Assembly: GCA_951406725.2 (NCBI GenBank)
Contig: OX597816.1
Span: forward strand, 35,464,001 to 35,528,000
Direction: 5' to 3'
DNA from: Octopus vulgaris
Taxonomy: Eukaryota
DNA: 64,000 nt
Shown here in pieces: positions 11,171 to 25,810 of this stretch (position 1 is its first letter; each line of letters begins with the position of its first letter). The notes under the pieces are model-generated. The model was not told the origin of the DNA, ran no database searches, and worked only from the letters and a program-made list of their open reading frames with translations. The translations under genes were made by a program, and so were the position numbers.

Positions 11171-13912
11171 AAAACGATGAGCACAGCACTGAAGTTTGTC
11201 TTAAGAGTTAATATTAAAAGAAATGAAACGGATATGTTCATGTGTTCATAACCGCATTGGCAGTTTGAATAAAGGTGACGCGTTGGAAGAATGACTGTAG
11301 CATCGAAGAAATGCTTAATGGCATTTGTTATGGATCTTCGTGTTCTGATTTCAAATCCAACAAATGTAAACTTTTGCTTTCATTATATAGTGAATCTATA
11401 AAAGAATGTACCTCTCAAGTACAAACTTTAATGCAATCGAGAAAAATCGCCATTTAATTTTATGCGCTCTGCGCGTACTATAAACAAAAGTCACCTTGAG
11501 CAAAATGATTCCCCTTTGATCAGAAATAGATAACATATATTCTCATCGCTAGCTAGTTTCTTCTTCTGAAACAAAAGAAACAGAATTCACTATCTCTCTT
11601 CAAAGCAGCTTTGTAGAGATTTTTAAAAGTTCATAGCTAAGAAAAACATTATGCATATTTAGAGAAATGTTATTGGCTATTTTAGATTGTGATTGCACTT
11701 TTAAATAACACGAGAAGTCTCATATCTACGAAATAATTTTCTATTCCAATTTATTTTCTGCTGTAATTTTTTCATCGATAACATTTTAGTGCTTATATCT
11801 AAAATATAAACATGTTACATGTACTCTGAAAATGTAACATGATACATTTTGGCAAGCTGAAAATCGCCTATCTAATGCATCTGTATATGCAAGTTGTTCA
11901 TATGTACGGTCTAATATTGGAAGATTATTTCTGAACAAATTTATCTTATACTTTTATCATTGAAATATTTCCAGCATATTATTCTCTAATGGAATAACGC
12001 TGTACAGGTGTTTATTACAGTATATATTTCTACGTAATAAATTTCCATGAGAAAAATATTCAAAAGATTATACTTATTTTGTTGTTCCTGTTATTCACAA
12101 ACAAATCGATACGTAAGTAGATTAGAACTTCCGATAACAAATACTTAAAAATAATAATTTGGAGCAAAATTAGTTTGTTAGTCAGAAGCCTACTCAAACA
12201 ATAGAACAAGTAAGAACAATTGTGCCACAGCCCTTATTATTGACGTTCTGTTAACCATATAACTGTGAATACAGTTATTGATGGAGTTTTTTTCTCTCAG
12301 TCGGTCTATCTATCTCTCTGTATCTTTGCTTCTCCCTCTCTCCCGTTCTATCCCGCTCTTACAGTCAGTAGAAATCCGGTGTTAAAGTTTTTATCAACAT
12401 CGTTACAGAGAGATAAAAAAAAAACTCATTTAGAAGAGTACGCTTGCTATCTTTCTCTATATGGATATGAATAATATATCAAGGCACTCTTTACGCGGGA
12501 GACATAACTCACAACTATTATCTAAAAAAAACACACGCTATTTTGAAGATATTACAGTCAGGAAATATTGCAACGGTGATAAAAACAGTACTGAAACCCA
12601 CTACCTTATTTTACGACTCATTCTTCTACTTGTCGTATTGAGCCACTTTCAATGCAACACAGGTATTTTCTGACGGCTATAGTGAAAACCACGTTTTGGG
12701 GATACAAGTATTCCTGTAGCCGTTTCTAGGTGTACAAACATAGACACCACAAGCCGCAAACAATATGCTTCGTCTAGAATGAAGTGATAAAACATTTTTA
12801 AATATTAGGGGATGATTCAGCCCAGCCATGCAACTTCTCTAGTGAAAATAACACGATAAATATCCCGCCGAAAATCACTTTAGGCAAAGTTGTAAAGTAA
12901 GTTTCCATAAAACGACTAGCTTGTTGTCCGACGAAAGAGAAAAAAATATCACCAATATATGATATACAAATCAATGAAAATATGATACACCAAGCCCTAC
13001 TGTTATAACGCACGGAGTGAAGTGGAAAGAGTTGTTTTTTAATCTAGTTTGTCAGCATTAACTTTACAAAATCTTTCACCTATTTCATGACTTATAAGGA
13101 AGGCTAACATGCAAGCCATGCTCAGAAAAAACCGTCAGTGTGAATTTTGTTTACCTTGTTAAAACTGTAAAATTGTCCACATAAATTAATGATTAGGGTT
13201 ACAAAAAGCAAGGCATCCTCGAGAAGGAAATTATAGAAGCCAAAATGTCTCTACTTTAGATGTTGCCTCAAGAAGTTCTAGCTGACGGATGCATTGAGGT
13301 GGATAGGAGAGAGGCACATAACTTACAAGTAAACACGGAATTTATACGAAACATCTTGTTGGGATACCAAATTCTTACATGTGAAAAGTTTACAGCCACA
13401 TGTAATGTGACATAGTGAAGGAACAGTGCAATAGATATATCCATACGGGCTAAGCGAAACTATATAGAAAATTGGTAATTAATTATCAGTATTACGTAGA
13501 AAAATTAAATGCTAGAAATTCCTGGCAGATTTGCATAATGAATCGACTAATAAAGGCCAATGTCATACCAAATTAATAACGATGATGTCAATTGAAGCAA
13601 AGATGTTCCAGAAAAAAAAAAGCGCGTACATGAACAGAAAATTAAGGAACAAATATATAAGTATGATAATGAAATTTTTGCACCATTGATTAGAAAGTAA
13701 GATGGCATGACCTTAACATCACTGCCAGTGTGAAGTACTTCCAAATGATTCCTCGTAATGAGTCAAGAAGTAAAATTTTCTAGGACATAAGAAAGTCACA
13801 AACCTATAAAATCGTAAAAGTTTTAGTAGATATCATGTTGTGTATCATAGACGTCACAGAGGAATTAGAAATAAAGAAGTGGCATGTGTGTATTGTACAC
13901 GCTATATATTAA

Positions 13913-14142
13913 GGCGGCGAGCTGGCAGAAACGTTAGCGCGCCGGGCGAAATGCGTAGCCGTATTTCGTCTGGCGTTACGTTCTGAGTTCAAATTCCGCC
14001 GAGGTCGACTTTGCCTTTCATCCTTTCGGGGTCGATAAGTTAAGTACCAGTTACGCACTGGAGTTGATGTAATCGACATAATCCGTTCGTCTGGCCTTGT
14101 TTGTCCCGTCTGTGTTTAGCCCTTGTGGGCAATAAAGAAATA
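13913..14142 (+). mobile_element. tRNA-derived SINE family A (Meta-domain-like), full-length monomer
   Basis: A-box GAGCTGGCAGAAACGTTAG, B-box GAGTTCAAATTCC, central CTTTCATCCTTTCGGGGTCGATAAGTTAAGTACCAG, tail GGCAATAAAGAAATA. Multiple copies in the window. Confidence 0.88.
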
Positions 14143-15281
14143 TATATATAAGCGTGCCATTAACTATCTAAATGTTAGAAAAGTAATCTTCGAGAAATTA
14201 CATTAATTCATCGAGGGTCAGCTGTCGGATCTTCCCTGAATATATTAATTATTCCAACCACAACCGAATAGTTGCCCCGAGGGATATCTGGCTTACTAAT
14301 AAGTTAGTTGTCAGAGGTGGTCAGGTGATGTACAAATAAAAATAATTTGAAACATTAAAAACATTTGAAATGAGAAACTTCAAAGTAATTCTAGTGAAAA
14401 CTTATGTTTTCACTGCTGGGAAGTACTATATATCTTTATTGCAATGAAAGGACTCGGCAACTTAAATGCCGATAAGCATATAAAGGAATTTCTGATTATA
14501 TACTCAGTTATCAATTGTATATAACTAGCCCTGTCTTATCCCTGGCGTGTTTGTGAAATACGGAAATACCATAGGTAACCGATATACAGGTCATCTGTTA
14601 GAAAGTGCAGCCATGAAGATAATCATTTCAAAGATTTTGAATGTATCTTCAAAGTAGTTCATAGCTACGTTACCCAGCTGATCTTAGCATGTCTCGTAGA
14701 CCTTCCTATAACAGTGTAACGAGTGTAAGTTTAGTGAGGATTTTATTTCTCCTGATAACAAAATCTCTCGAAAAATTGAAGACAGATGCTTTTGAGCATG
14801 GTTTAATGCTTTTCTGTAGTAAAATATGTGAATCAAATACAATGAAAGTTATTAAGTGATCAGTAATGGAATGGAAAACCGTCGCAGAATACGTGTCAGG
14901 TTACTTCCGATCAAAATAAAAGAACCCATTAGCGGCGTGCAAAGTATGGAGAAATGTTTTGAAGGGTCGACGAAAGTTATGAAAGAAACAGCAACAAATG
15001 ACAAAATCTGTGTTCAGATTTCGTCACACACATGAAAATATCTATAAACGGGCGTAAAATTGATCATGATGATGGTGATGTTCAGCATTATATTGATGAT
15101 GATGATGATGATGATAGTGGTTATGAAGACGACGAGTGGACGACGACGATAAGTTGGTGACTGATACAATTTTTTCTCCAATTCAATTCCAAGCTAGAAC
15201 CCACATATCCCTAAACACATGCGCACCTCACTACACAAGGAGTAGGATAGATATCAGAATCTTCCTAATGATAAGACTGTT

Positions 15282-15620
15282 TTCTAACATACACACTGAT
15301 ATTTTGCAAACACCTCGCGCAAGCAAGTTCTACCGGTCGAGAGTTCCGCATACCGGAAGCCAGCAAGTAAATGGGGTCATCAGGAGAGAATGCGTGACGT
15401 TTCGAGGCCTACCTCTTGACGGTAGCAATGCGCACCACCCCTCACCCACCACTGATATGAGGCCCCGCTTGCTAGACCAACTGGTTATCAAATAAAGTTG
15501 AATATACTTCCAGCCATCGCTCACCGTCTCTTTTTAACCAAATACAGTGACTGGTGTTTTCCACTGTAGTATTGATCGTGGTGATATTTATTTTACGATG
15601 AGTTAGGCCTGACAATAACA
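15282..15620 (+). mobile_element. Probable solo LTR, copy 1
   Basis: About 340 bp, homologous to 18038-18375 in inverted orientation. Internal AATAAA and a 3' end ...ACA. No TSD found. Confidence 0.6.
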
Positions 15621-17544
15621 ACAATCGTCCAAAAATTTTCAATTTTATATTTTTACCTGCAGATGAAGAGACTGAAATCTCTTCTGTCTTCATCACGAAC
15701 AACATGCAGCCTAGAAGTCTTAAAGTCGTTACAAATGCTTGGCTTATTTACTAATGAGGATTTGTAATAGCAAAACCTCATAACTTTACATATACTAGAT
15801 CACATTACTTGGCCATGTGTTTCAGGGTTAGAAAAGTACTCCATTGCTCAACAGCTACAAATCAAATATAGAGCTGTATTAGGTGCAAATCATTTTACAA
15901 ATTTCGAACACGAAGTAGTGTTTTCGATTGGATGAATTTTAATTCTTACTATATATACCTTAATTCTTATCCTCTCTCAAATATTCAGTCAGCTGTTACA
16001 ATACTCCTTGATATATCTATCTCAATGCACACTACTTTCGTGTTCTCGTGAGTCATCATCTCATCTTTTCTTTGTAGACGTAGCACTAAACAGAATATTT
16101 ACTTATTGCCCTGGGTCCTCTTTAATCTGTCATTCCCTCTTTCCCGATGTTTCTTTTACTACATTCACCAAATTTCAACAATGAAAGACCATAAAATGTC
16201 TTTGATAGAATCGGTGGCGAATGATCATCCATGACCATGCAATCACTCATTTTGTGGAGATAAATTATGGCCACACTCCCTCCAGTTGAAAAAGAAAAGA
16301 ATCAGAAACATCCAGTGAACCAATAGGCGTTTCTCTTTGACTTTATCTAAATGGCAGTAGAAGCAAATCTCCTGGAGTACAAATAGCTTGTCAGGATTAT
16401 TACAGTAAATATTTATTCTAGAAAACAATTGTTCTGTACTAGAGGGAAACTTTTATTCCAATAATGTATTCGTTAGATATTTTAAGGGTTAAAATATTAT
16501 CACTAGGTAATTACTATCTACACTCAGGGAACATTTTTTCCTAAAGATTAGTAGGAATGCTTATTGATTTATGCAATTATCTTAATATAAATTTTATAAC
16601 GTTCATGTAAACATAGACGGGATTTATTGTGCTATGTCTTATTTAAATATCTTTACTGAGACTATAGAAAATCTTCTGTCCCTCAATTCTTTATTGGAGA
16701 CGTTGTCTGGATACAACTGTGTTGATGTTTTTCACTCTCTAATTACAGGAACACCATAGTCTTTATCAGGCATCATTATTCAACATATACATATGAAATT
16801 ACTGACAACATAATCAAAAATCTTAAACGAAGGATATAATGGCATGCATGTGTGTTTGTGTATATGTGTGTATTTGTGTATGTGTGCTTGTGTGTGTAGG
16901 TGTGCGCGTGCATATGTGGCACTGATGTTTCTAATGCACATAGAGGAAATCAGTTTCCACATCTCGTGAAATTTCGTTTTATGTTATCAGCAGATTGCAG
17001 TTTAGCAATCCACAAAGGTATCCACGTCTGATTCTCAGCTTCCATATGAAGGAATAATTCTATGTGTCTGTTTCTTGTTTTCATTTACTTTTTCAGAATA
17101 TATTCAATGTGGGTTGCGTTGGTTATTTCATGGGATTGTGACTCTTCGTCGTTTGTTTATTACTAGCACCTATTGTTTGGTGTCATAAGGCACGTTTGCG
17201 AATAGTTTTCAGAGAAAATGCAATCGCGTGGAGACGCCTATGAGAAATATCTAGGATAGGCGAGGTGCAGGGGAAGAGAGTAGAACAATCATCCATGTAG
17301 ACCATATAAGCAACGAGGAATATATCAACGTAAAATGAAGAGCTTGCTCAAGGTCCAAGTGTGTCAAAAGTTTTCGAGCTACAGGTTATGGTAATCAGAG
17401 GAAAATTTTGCCCTAAACCTTCTAAAATATACATGGACGTAATGTACTTGCTTTCATTTAAAAAAGAATTCTTATGTATAGGTTTGTGTCAGGATGTCGA
17501 CAGAAGTATTCTATCGCTATGCAAATTAGATATCTAATGAAGGA

Positions 17545-17818
17545 AGCTCATATCTCAAGCATGGTTGCTTATGGAAGACCAACAAGACATCCATGCTTAC
17601 AATAATCCCCTCTCCGTGCATCGACGTTATCCAAGGGAAAGGCAAAAGCCGAAACAGCTTGGCACCAGTGATGTCGCAACTCATTTCTACATCTGCGTGA
17701 ACATGAGCAACGTGAAATAAGGTGTCTTGCTCAAGAACACAACACACAGCCCGGGTCAGGAATCGAACTCATAACCTCATGTTTGTGACCTCGACGCTCT
17801 AACCGCTGTTTCATGCAC
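17545..17818 (-). mobile_element. tRNA-derived SINE family C (V-domain-like)
   Basis: Reverse complement shows a tRNA head (GGTTAGAGCGTC...GAGTTCGATTCC) followed by GTGTTCTTGAGCAAGACACCTTATTTCACGTTGCTC. Confidence 0.7.
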
Positions 17819-18037
17819 CGCATTAAATTTTCATTATAGTATCAATTATCTGTGATTCTACGATGATTGGCCGTTTTAAATTATAAAATTGCAAAGTTAA
17901 ATTTTGAGCATCGAGTACAATGTAATACAGATCGAGGTAAGAATATGTCAAATTTTGATCTTTATGAAAATTGTCTATTATGAAAATTCCAATCGAAGTC
18001 GGATGTAGAGGGTTCGTTGGACACAATGTGAGACGAC

Positions 18038-18375
18038 TGCTATCGTTAGGCGTAACTCATCGTAAAGTCAATACCACCATGACCGATAACCAATCTACAG
18101 TGGAGAAGGCTAGCCACTGGATTTGGTTAAAAAGAGACGATGAGCGATGGCTAAGAGGATATTGAGCTTTATTTGATAACCAGATGATCTAGCAAGCGGG
18201 GCCTCATATCAGTGAGGGGGGCCGGTGCGCATTGATGCAGTCGAGAGGTAGGCCCCGAAACGGCGCGCATTCTCTCCTGATGACCCCATACACTTGCTGG
18301 CTTCCGGTATGCGGAGCTTTTTGACTTGTAGCACTTGCCTGTGCAAGGTGTTTGCAAGACATTCTGCATGCAACA
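18038..18375 (-). mobile_element. Probable solo LTR, copy 2
   Basis: Reverse complement begins TGTTGCA and ends ...TAGCA (TG..CA), contains AATAAA, and is homologous to 15282-15620. Confidence 0.65.
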
Positions 18376-19734
18376 AAGCGGCAAACTGGCAGGATTGTTA
18401 CAGCCCCAGAAAAAAATGCTTAACGTCATTTCTTCCGATTTTATGTTTTGTGTTCAAATGTCGCGGAGGTTGACTTTGCATTTCATCATTACATGACGGA
18501 AAAACATTATTATCTGTATAGCACTGGATTCAATGCCCCCATCCTGGAAATTTCTAGTTTGCACCAAAATTTGAAACAAATATATCTCTTTGCAATGGCT
18601 TATACCAACTATTTTAAAACAAGGGTATGAATCAAAAATTGCTCTATAGGGAGATATATTAGTTTGCTGAGAAGTGAATATTTCGGGAAGAAATATTCTG
18701 CAATGAAGTTATATTTTCTTTTTTTAAAACTGATGGAACCGTTGGTCTGAATTCTTTTGAAATTTTGAGAGGAGCAACGAATAGAAGAATACATGACACA
18801 TAATGTAGTGCATTTCATTATATAAGTTACTTTTTTCGGAAGATAAACAGGAATGTAGAGAGATAAATAAATACTAACTTCAAAGAAAGAATTTAGATAT
18901 ACGTTGAAGTAAGAAAACACTGAATTAGTCAGAAGATGCTAGGAAATTTGAAGCATGAAGTAAAAAGGCCAGGTGGAAACTGAAATGAAGATAAAGGGTG
19001 GTGTTATGGTAAGGAGAGTAGAAGGAAGGCTAAATTTCCAAAATTGAGGAATAGGATGACAATTAGTATAATGGAAGAGTTTCACTATTACAGGCTAACA
19101 AAGAAGTGTCAGGAGTAATGTCGTATAGGGATTCTATAATGTATGATGTTCAATATGTAAGTCTAGTTTCGAAACTGATAACAATCTCAAAAATCAGTTT
19201 GGTAAATCAATATCTTAGGCTAAGAGTAAGGTTGCACTTAGGATCATAGACGATGATCATTGTTTTCTGATACTGCTTCTCACTAAATCATTAAATTTTG
19301 AGCCGAATATTTCTCATGTTGGTATTTGCCTAGAAACAAATTTCACACTTAGGTTATTACTTGTGAACATGTAAATGATATGTAAAATATTAATTACTAA
19401 TATCTTAAAAATCATGTTCCGTGTTTATTGACAATCGCCAAAACATTCCAAGTCATTTCCTTTATTAATTTTCCCGCCAGACTAGCAGTAATGTATAGAA
19501 CAAATGCTTTACTTATTTTCCTGTTTTACTGTCCTTTCTGTTCCAAACCCTTCAAAGAACGCTTTGTCATTTATCAGTCAACGTTTAATAAATTTCAGTA
19601 CGACTTCTGGATAACTGCCAAATTTGTGAATCGATTTTGCGATGACATTCAGTTAATTTTTGAAAATTCCATTCGTTTGTAAACAGTGGATTAAAGTTAA
19701 ATTGTAGTAATAATCAGTATTATTTGACGGATTA

Positions 19735-22559
19735 CACTGGTCAACACACTCGTTTGCTGACTTCTGTGTTGTGGTTGTTTTAAATAATTCTGAGTTGTTG
19801 AATTCAAATGTGGCATCTATTGTTTCTAACATATAAGGTTTTCATTCTATAGCATATTCCTTCCTTATGATGTACTGTATAAATAATCTACTTGCTCAGG
19901 ATAGTGTACTAAGTCTTATAGCTTCAGACCATAATTTATGATGTCAATAGAATATGAAAGTGAAATGTATGATAGCAACACCTTTTACTAAATACATACT
20001 GTTAATTCTCTAATATGAGGGATAAAACACAAATCATCATGCACTTGTCTTCATATTCACGGAACAAATTTTCGCTTTCAAAAGCATCACTAATGTTTCA
20101 TGTCTACACAATCTCTTTGAATACTCCAACAGTACTCCGCCTTCATGTGTGTACTCGTTCGGTCTTGATATATTTCCTTCATAATCTGGATTGCTTGATG
20201 AAAACACTCACTTTCTTCATTGCTATGATTAGCAGGAACTTAATCGAGATGACAACTCAAGAAATGAAGCTTTATGCTCATGTTGCAGCCTAAAAGATGA
20301 AACCTATCAAGTAATGTCTCCACCAAATCCTTGGAGTCTCAGACTTTTCACTCCCCACAAACGAATCTCGTGCTCTTTCTTCTACGTCTGCCATCGCGAT
20401 CAAGAAATTCTGGCATTTCATTACAATTCTGATATGCGGCCCATGAAAAATACCAGCTGTTATTTTGTCATCAAATAGGCCAGGAAATGCTGTAAATATG
20501 AATTTCAAACAGTTACCCTTTACATTAAGAGCTTTGACAATTAGTCCTAGTTTAATATGAAGGGGTAGGAAGATGATTTTCTCTCCCTCAACATATAGTT
20601 GGTGCATGATATTCTTCTTCCCAAAAGTCCAACTTATCCTAACCTGTAAGAGTTTCTGCTCCCAATGTTTGTCTCTCGCTCGGCTATACCATAAACACAG
20701 GAAATACGGATATTGACCATCAAGAAGTTGGTCATTTTTAGATCCAGACATATGACCCGTTTGTGTTTATAATACTTGAGTGAATCTAATACAACTTTTA
20801 TGTAAACAAAATCTTCTTTTAACTGCACCAATAGGAAACGCACCAAACAACTTTCCATTACGGAGTAATACACACTTTAGATTCTTCTTTGAGCTATCTA
20901 GAATCTCCATTCGCTAAGATCGTACTGTTCAACATCCATCGTGTTTAAAAATTCCACCATGTCAAAACAGTAAGCAAAATATTTTCCAGTTCAGATAATA
21001 AGACATTTTTTCTTAAAAGTCACGTTTGTTTCTTTCTGCAATAAATTCTTCACTCTAAGTCTAGAAGCTAACAATTCTTATTTCTTTATTGCCCACAAGG
21101 AGCTAAACATAGAGGGCACAAACGAGAACAGACAAGGGGATTAAGCCGATTACATCGACCCCAGTGCGTAACTGGTGCTTAATTTATCGACCCCGAAAGG
21201 ATAAAAAGCAAAGTCGACCTCGGTGGAATTTGAACTCAGAACGTAGCGGCAGACGAAATACCTATTTCTTTACTACCCATAAGGGGCTAAATACAAAGAG
21301 GACAAACACGGACAGACACACGGATTAAGTCGATTACATCGACTCCAGTGCGTAACTGGTACTAAATTTATCGACCCCGAAAGGATGAAAGGCAAAGTCG
21401 ACCACGGTGGAATTTGAACTCAGAACATAAAGACAGACAAAATACCACTAAGCATTTCGCCCGGCGTGCTAACGTTTCTGCCACGTCGCCGTTAACAATT
21501 CTGATAAACCTTTTAATAGTTCTAGGTCTGTAACTAAATCATAAGTTCTGCCTGGTTGATGTGTTCACGTTCTTTGATTGATGTTTCTACAAAGTCTGTA
21601 TCACTTCCATGTTCATGATTTACTTCTACTTCACATATATCACTTAGGTCTTGCAGTACAGGTAGACGCTTGAAAACGGGTTGCTGAATCCAGATTTGGA
21701 TAACATTTTCTGCCACATTCTCTTCCTATAACAAGCAGTCTTTGTGAGATAAAAGCAGCAATCGTTTACCTGGTTCTTTGTCTCCCACCATACCATACGA
21801 ATGCCAAATGTTAGTTATTTCCTTGTGTCCTTCGTCAATTGGCGTAAATGTTTGGACAGAGGGTTTACATAAATTGTGCGGGACCCAGGACATGTCCTGA
21901 TCAGCAAATTTAATCGTAAAGAAAGTCAAGTAGGATCTTTTCACAAAGTCACCAATGTTCATTCTTTGATTTTGTACTGTAAAACACCTACATATATAAC
22001 AAAAAGAGTGGTGGGAATTCAAACATTTCTTTCGCAGTGACGTCATGCTACAGAACCCACACGTTATTTCATTAAAATAAATGTGAAAAGCGAGAAAATA
22101 ATACAGAATGTCTTTATATATCTATGTGTGTCAAAATAGATGTCTAAACACATAGATAAAATAAATTTTCAACAGAAATTATATCTTTTGCATATTTATT
22201 GATAGTAAGAAGATGTTAACAACCCAAATTATGATGGTCGAATGTTCGAGTACATACTTATTAGGAAACACAGTTCTAGACAGATTCATATCCTTGATCG
22301 ACAGAACGTCACATCCTACCCCACTGAACGCTCAATTGACACTGTGGCTCTTACTGCAAACGTACCCTACGAAAAACACATCGAGAAATTTCTGAAACAT
22401 TGACCAACAGGGGTGGGGGTCAATATGGACCAGCTCATAGAAAAAATGTCGACGTGATAGAATACAACTATTCTCACTTTAACTCTTAGGGACCCCAAAT
22501 TACTCTAAAATAGGTCTGAAACTTAGGTCAGCAGAAAAACAGAATTTGTTGGATACCTG
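19735..22559 (-). mobile_element. Chapaev3-type (CMC) DNA transposon with a decayed transposase, interrupted by a SINE dimer
   Basis: N-terminal Zn finger CLNSHHSFCYIC...FADQDMSWVPHNLC (21726-22046), ICLDLKM.NFL (20634-20873), PLHIKLGL..VKAL and KITAGIFHGPHIR (20290-20751). Degenerate termini CACTGGTCAACA..TTGCTGAC (19735) and GTCAGCAG..TTTGTTGGATACCTG (22559). Confidence 0.85.
21079..21490 (-). mobile_element. SINE family A dimer (full monomer plus headless monomer) with a 10-bp TSD
   Basis: TSD TAACAATTCT at 21069-21078 and 21493-21502. The body is duplicated, with the junction at about 21262. Confidence 0.9.
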
Positions 22560-23794
22560 CTAATTACGTATCGTGGGCGTGGAAACGGTATCTAGCCATG
22601 GTGGAAACTGCGACCCGCGGGCTGCATGCGGTCTGTAAAACTTGCTGAATGGTACGCAGAGCGAAACGTTATAGCTTTTCAGTGTGACCTGCCTTATGAT
22701 GAGCCATTTCTCAAGCGGTCCACTTCTCGAAAAAGGGAGCCCGAGCCTGATTATGGTAAAGGGTAATTCCACGGAGAAAACTTCGAATGAATATCATATG
22801 AATATTTTAAGATATTGTTTTGAATTCGTCCATATTACACATTTGTCGTATTCAAGTGAGATGAAATGAATGTACACGAAGAAAATGAATTTAAATTACC
22901 AGAAATTATATATAAGTATTAACTAACTTGGGAATTCACAGATTAAAGTTATAGTTATTTTTGAAAAGTTCATAAATGAATGAACTAGAGATGTAAAATA
23001 ATTTGAAATAATGAGAAACCAGCAATGCAGAGGAAATAAAATGTTGTAGAACAGGCATTATCAGGAATAGTTAGTGAAGATGAAGTCATAATGAAAAGAA
23101 AAACTTACGTTGTTTAATATGCTGTGCAAAAAGATATCAATTCAAATTATTTAGCTTGGTACAGAATTGAAATCTTTAAGAAGTCATGTAATGAATAATA
23201 ATAAACAAAGGTAAAAATGAATATGCGGTTTTAAATATTGATTAATCTAGAATTCTCTTAGCTATGTGGATATTTAGCAAGATGAGGATACAGTAAAGAG
23301 AGAAAAAAAACTTATTTTGAATTTAATGAGAAATACATGAGATTTTATAACTAGCAGAATTCGCTAACGTTCATCCGCGTGAATATAGATGCATTACAAT
23401 TAAAATCTTGCACAACAAATATATAAACGTAACCATTAGAATTCTTCTTCATAAATGTATATTCTGTTTAATGATGCATTAACATTGCCCGTAAAAAGAA
23501 AACGGTTTGCTGCTCTATGCTAGTTTGCCATCTTATACACACATGCTACACACATATAGACTCACGATCTTTTACCCTGTCATTCGCTTGCGTCCATGCT
23601 GGGGCTACGCCTTGAAGGATTTAGAAACTCGAGGTGGTTGTGTTAATTCAGACGCTGGTGGGATTTAAATGAACTCCTAACGCAAAGAGAAGGAACTAAT
23701 ACGACAAGGCGCTCTAGGTACGCAAAATCTAGTTTATTATTGACAGAGTATCCGATTGAGAAATGAAATAAAAATGAATAATAGTGGCTTTGAG

Positions 23795-23997
23795 TTTTTG
23801 GCATAAGGCCTGGAATTTTGAGGGAGAGGATCAGTCAATTACATTGGCCAAGTTCGTAGCTAGTGCTTACATTCATCGACCGCGAAAGGCTAAAAGACAA
23901 AGTCGAGCTCGGGGTAATTTGAACTCAGAACGTAAGGACGGGCGATATGTGGATTAGCATTTTTGTCTTTCGTGTTAACGATTCTACCAGCTCGCCT
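23795..23997 (-). mobile_element. SINE family A, diverged copy
   Basis: TTTGAACTCAGAACGTAA and CCAGCTCGCC head; similar to the 58079 tail type. Confidence 0.75.
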
Positions 23998-25810
23998 TCT
24001 TATAACGAACCTCTAATATTGTAAATGAAGAAACCATTTCCTGAACTGATCAGACATTCACGAAAGAAATCACATTATTAGGATTCTTTTACAATTTTGA
24101 TTTAAACTACGATATAATACCTGCAAAATAATAATAGTAACTGCGGTTAGAGATAACAATATTGCAAAAATAACTTAGCAAAGAATACAATTAATTATTT
24201 TGTTAACGTAACACAGCATTTAAAGCGTAGCACATCTGCTACTTGTATTGATGAAGATGAATGTTATAGTCGCAAAAATGTAGGAAAAATCGCAAGATAA
24301 ATGCTATGGGCTGTATTATAAGCAGAAAATGGATATTATTGTTTGCACAATACATTTTGATCGCTTGATTAGTGTGTAACAAAACAATGATGTTATGGAA
24401 AATTATTACATTTTATACAATATTGTTATGCCCTCCAAAATTGTTATACTATGTAGAATGTCTTTATGATCACGGAAGATGTATTTATGATGATGGAAGA
24501 TGTTATATTCGATACTTTTGATCGCATGATGAATGCTTAAGTTTGAAACTTCAATAATTATTATTATATTGTATAATAAATAACACTGTGTAACACGGCT
24601 TTTGTTCTTGGGTAGCAATTGTTATATTGTTATTTCCGATTTACTTACCGCTAGAAAGTACAAAAAATGGCTAATATTTCCTTCAAACTTTGCTTTTCTT
24701 ATGCTTATTCAAACCCCAAAGAAACCTTTCCCACACATGCCTATGATGCACCACCGCTACTTCTACTCATGATCAGAGATGCAAATATTGTCAGCTACTA
24801 AGGGACGTGCTGAAGTGGTTAAGGTCAAGCAATTGAGAAGCAAATCTGTGGTATTGAACAGAACATTTGCTATAATTATATTCCTACGTTAGCAGCTCCG
24901 CGTTGAATCTGTCTGAAATGTAATGAAAAATAGGTTAGTTTCCAAACACTTATACCGAGGAAGCGACCGCAAAATTTGAAGAGAATAGTAGTTATTACTA
25001 GAGAGAAGCAAATATGAAATAACACTTACTGACCATAGACAATATTGATTTTAAATTCTAATTTGTTACACAGTGTAATTATTATCATGATCTGCTATAG
25101 TTTGTACTATATGGCTGCTATTTTCTCCTTGTTATATGTTCTCCTCATGTATTTTGAAATCACAATTCTATTATTGTATCTTCAATCACACTATTACGAT
25201 TAGGAGAGGTGTTTTGTAGTTTTGGTGTTATTTATAAAAGGATATGGATATCATAATTAAGACATAGTAGACTAGTTATATACAGTCACTGTTGTTTTAT
25301 AAAGAAGCATATTTGAGACGTCAGCAGGAAAATGGTAGTCAATCCTGGTTGTTCAAGAATGTCTATGATGTCAGCCGGAAGTGTGTGATGTTTAGAATAC
25401 TTGCAAACTTATTTTATAGAAGCTGTATCATAGGCAACTTTGTAATATCGTTCAGGATATTATTGTTGTGAAAGCTATCCAATATTGTTACCGAAGAGTT
25501 ACTCGTTTATTACAAATTATCATGAAATATTTAGCAGACAGCTGAGTCTTTATGGAATATATCATTTATTTTTAAAGAATGCTAGTTATTACATAAGTTT
25601 CCAGAGGCTGAGTATTTCTAGTGTCGAATTTATTGTGAAGCACGGATTGCTGATATATATATATATATATATATATTATGTTATTTATCATATGTGTAAA
25701 TGATATATGTGTTTACATTTCATGTTATTCATAACAGAAGCGTTGTTAACATGAGACTGTATGTTAACTAACTATAACAGTTGATTGTTATATATATATA
25801 TATATATATA

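Noticed and set aside
12640-13230. Faint resemblance to a highly decayed PLE endonuclease region (CEFCL-like motif near 13140)
   Set aside because: Too degenerate to support by eye; needs a tBLASTn or HMM search.
13913-14000. tRNA-like A/B boxes
   Set aside because: These are SINE heads, not functional tRNA genes.
14400-15150. Possible ancient RTE LINE remnant ending in (GAT)n
   Set aside because: Only a VMEWK-like motif; insufficient evidence.
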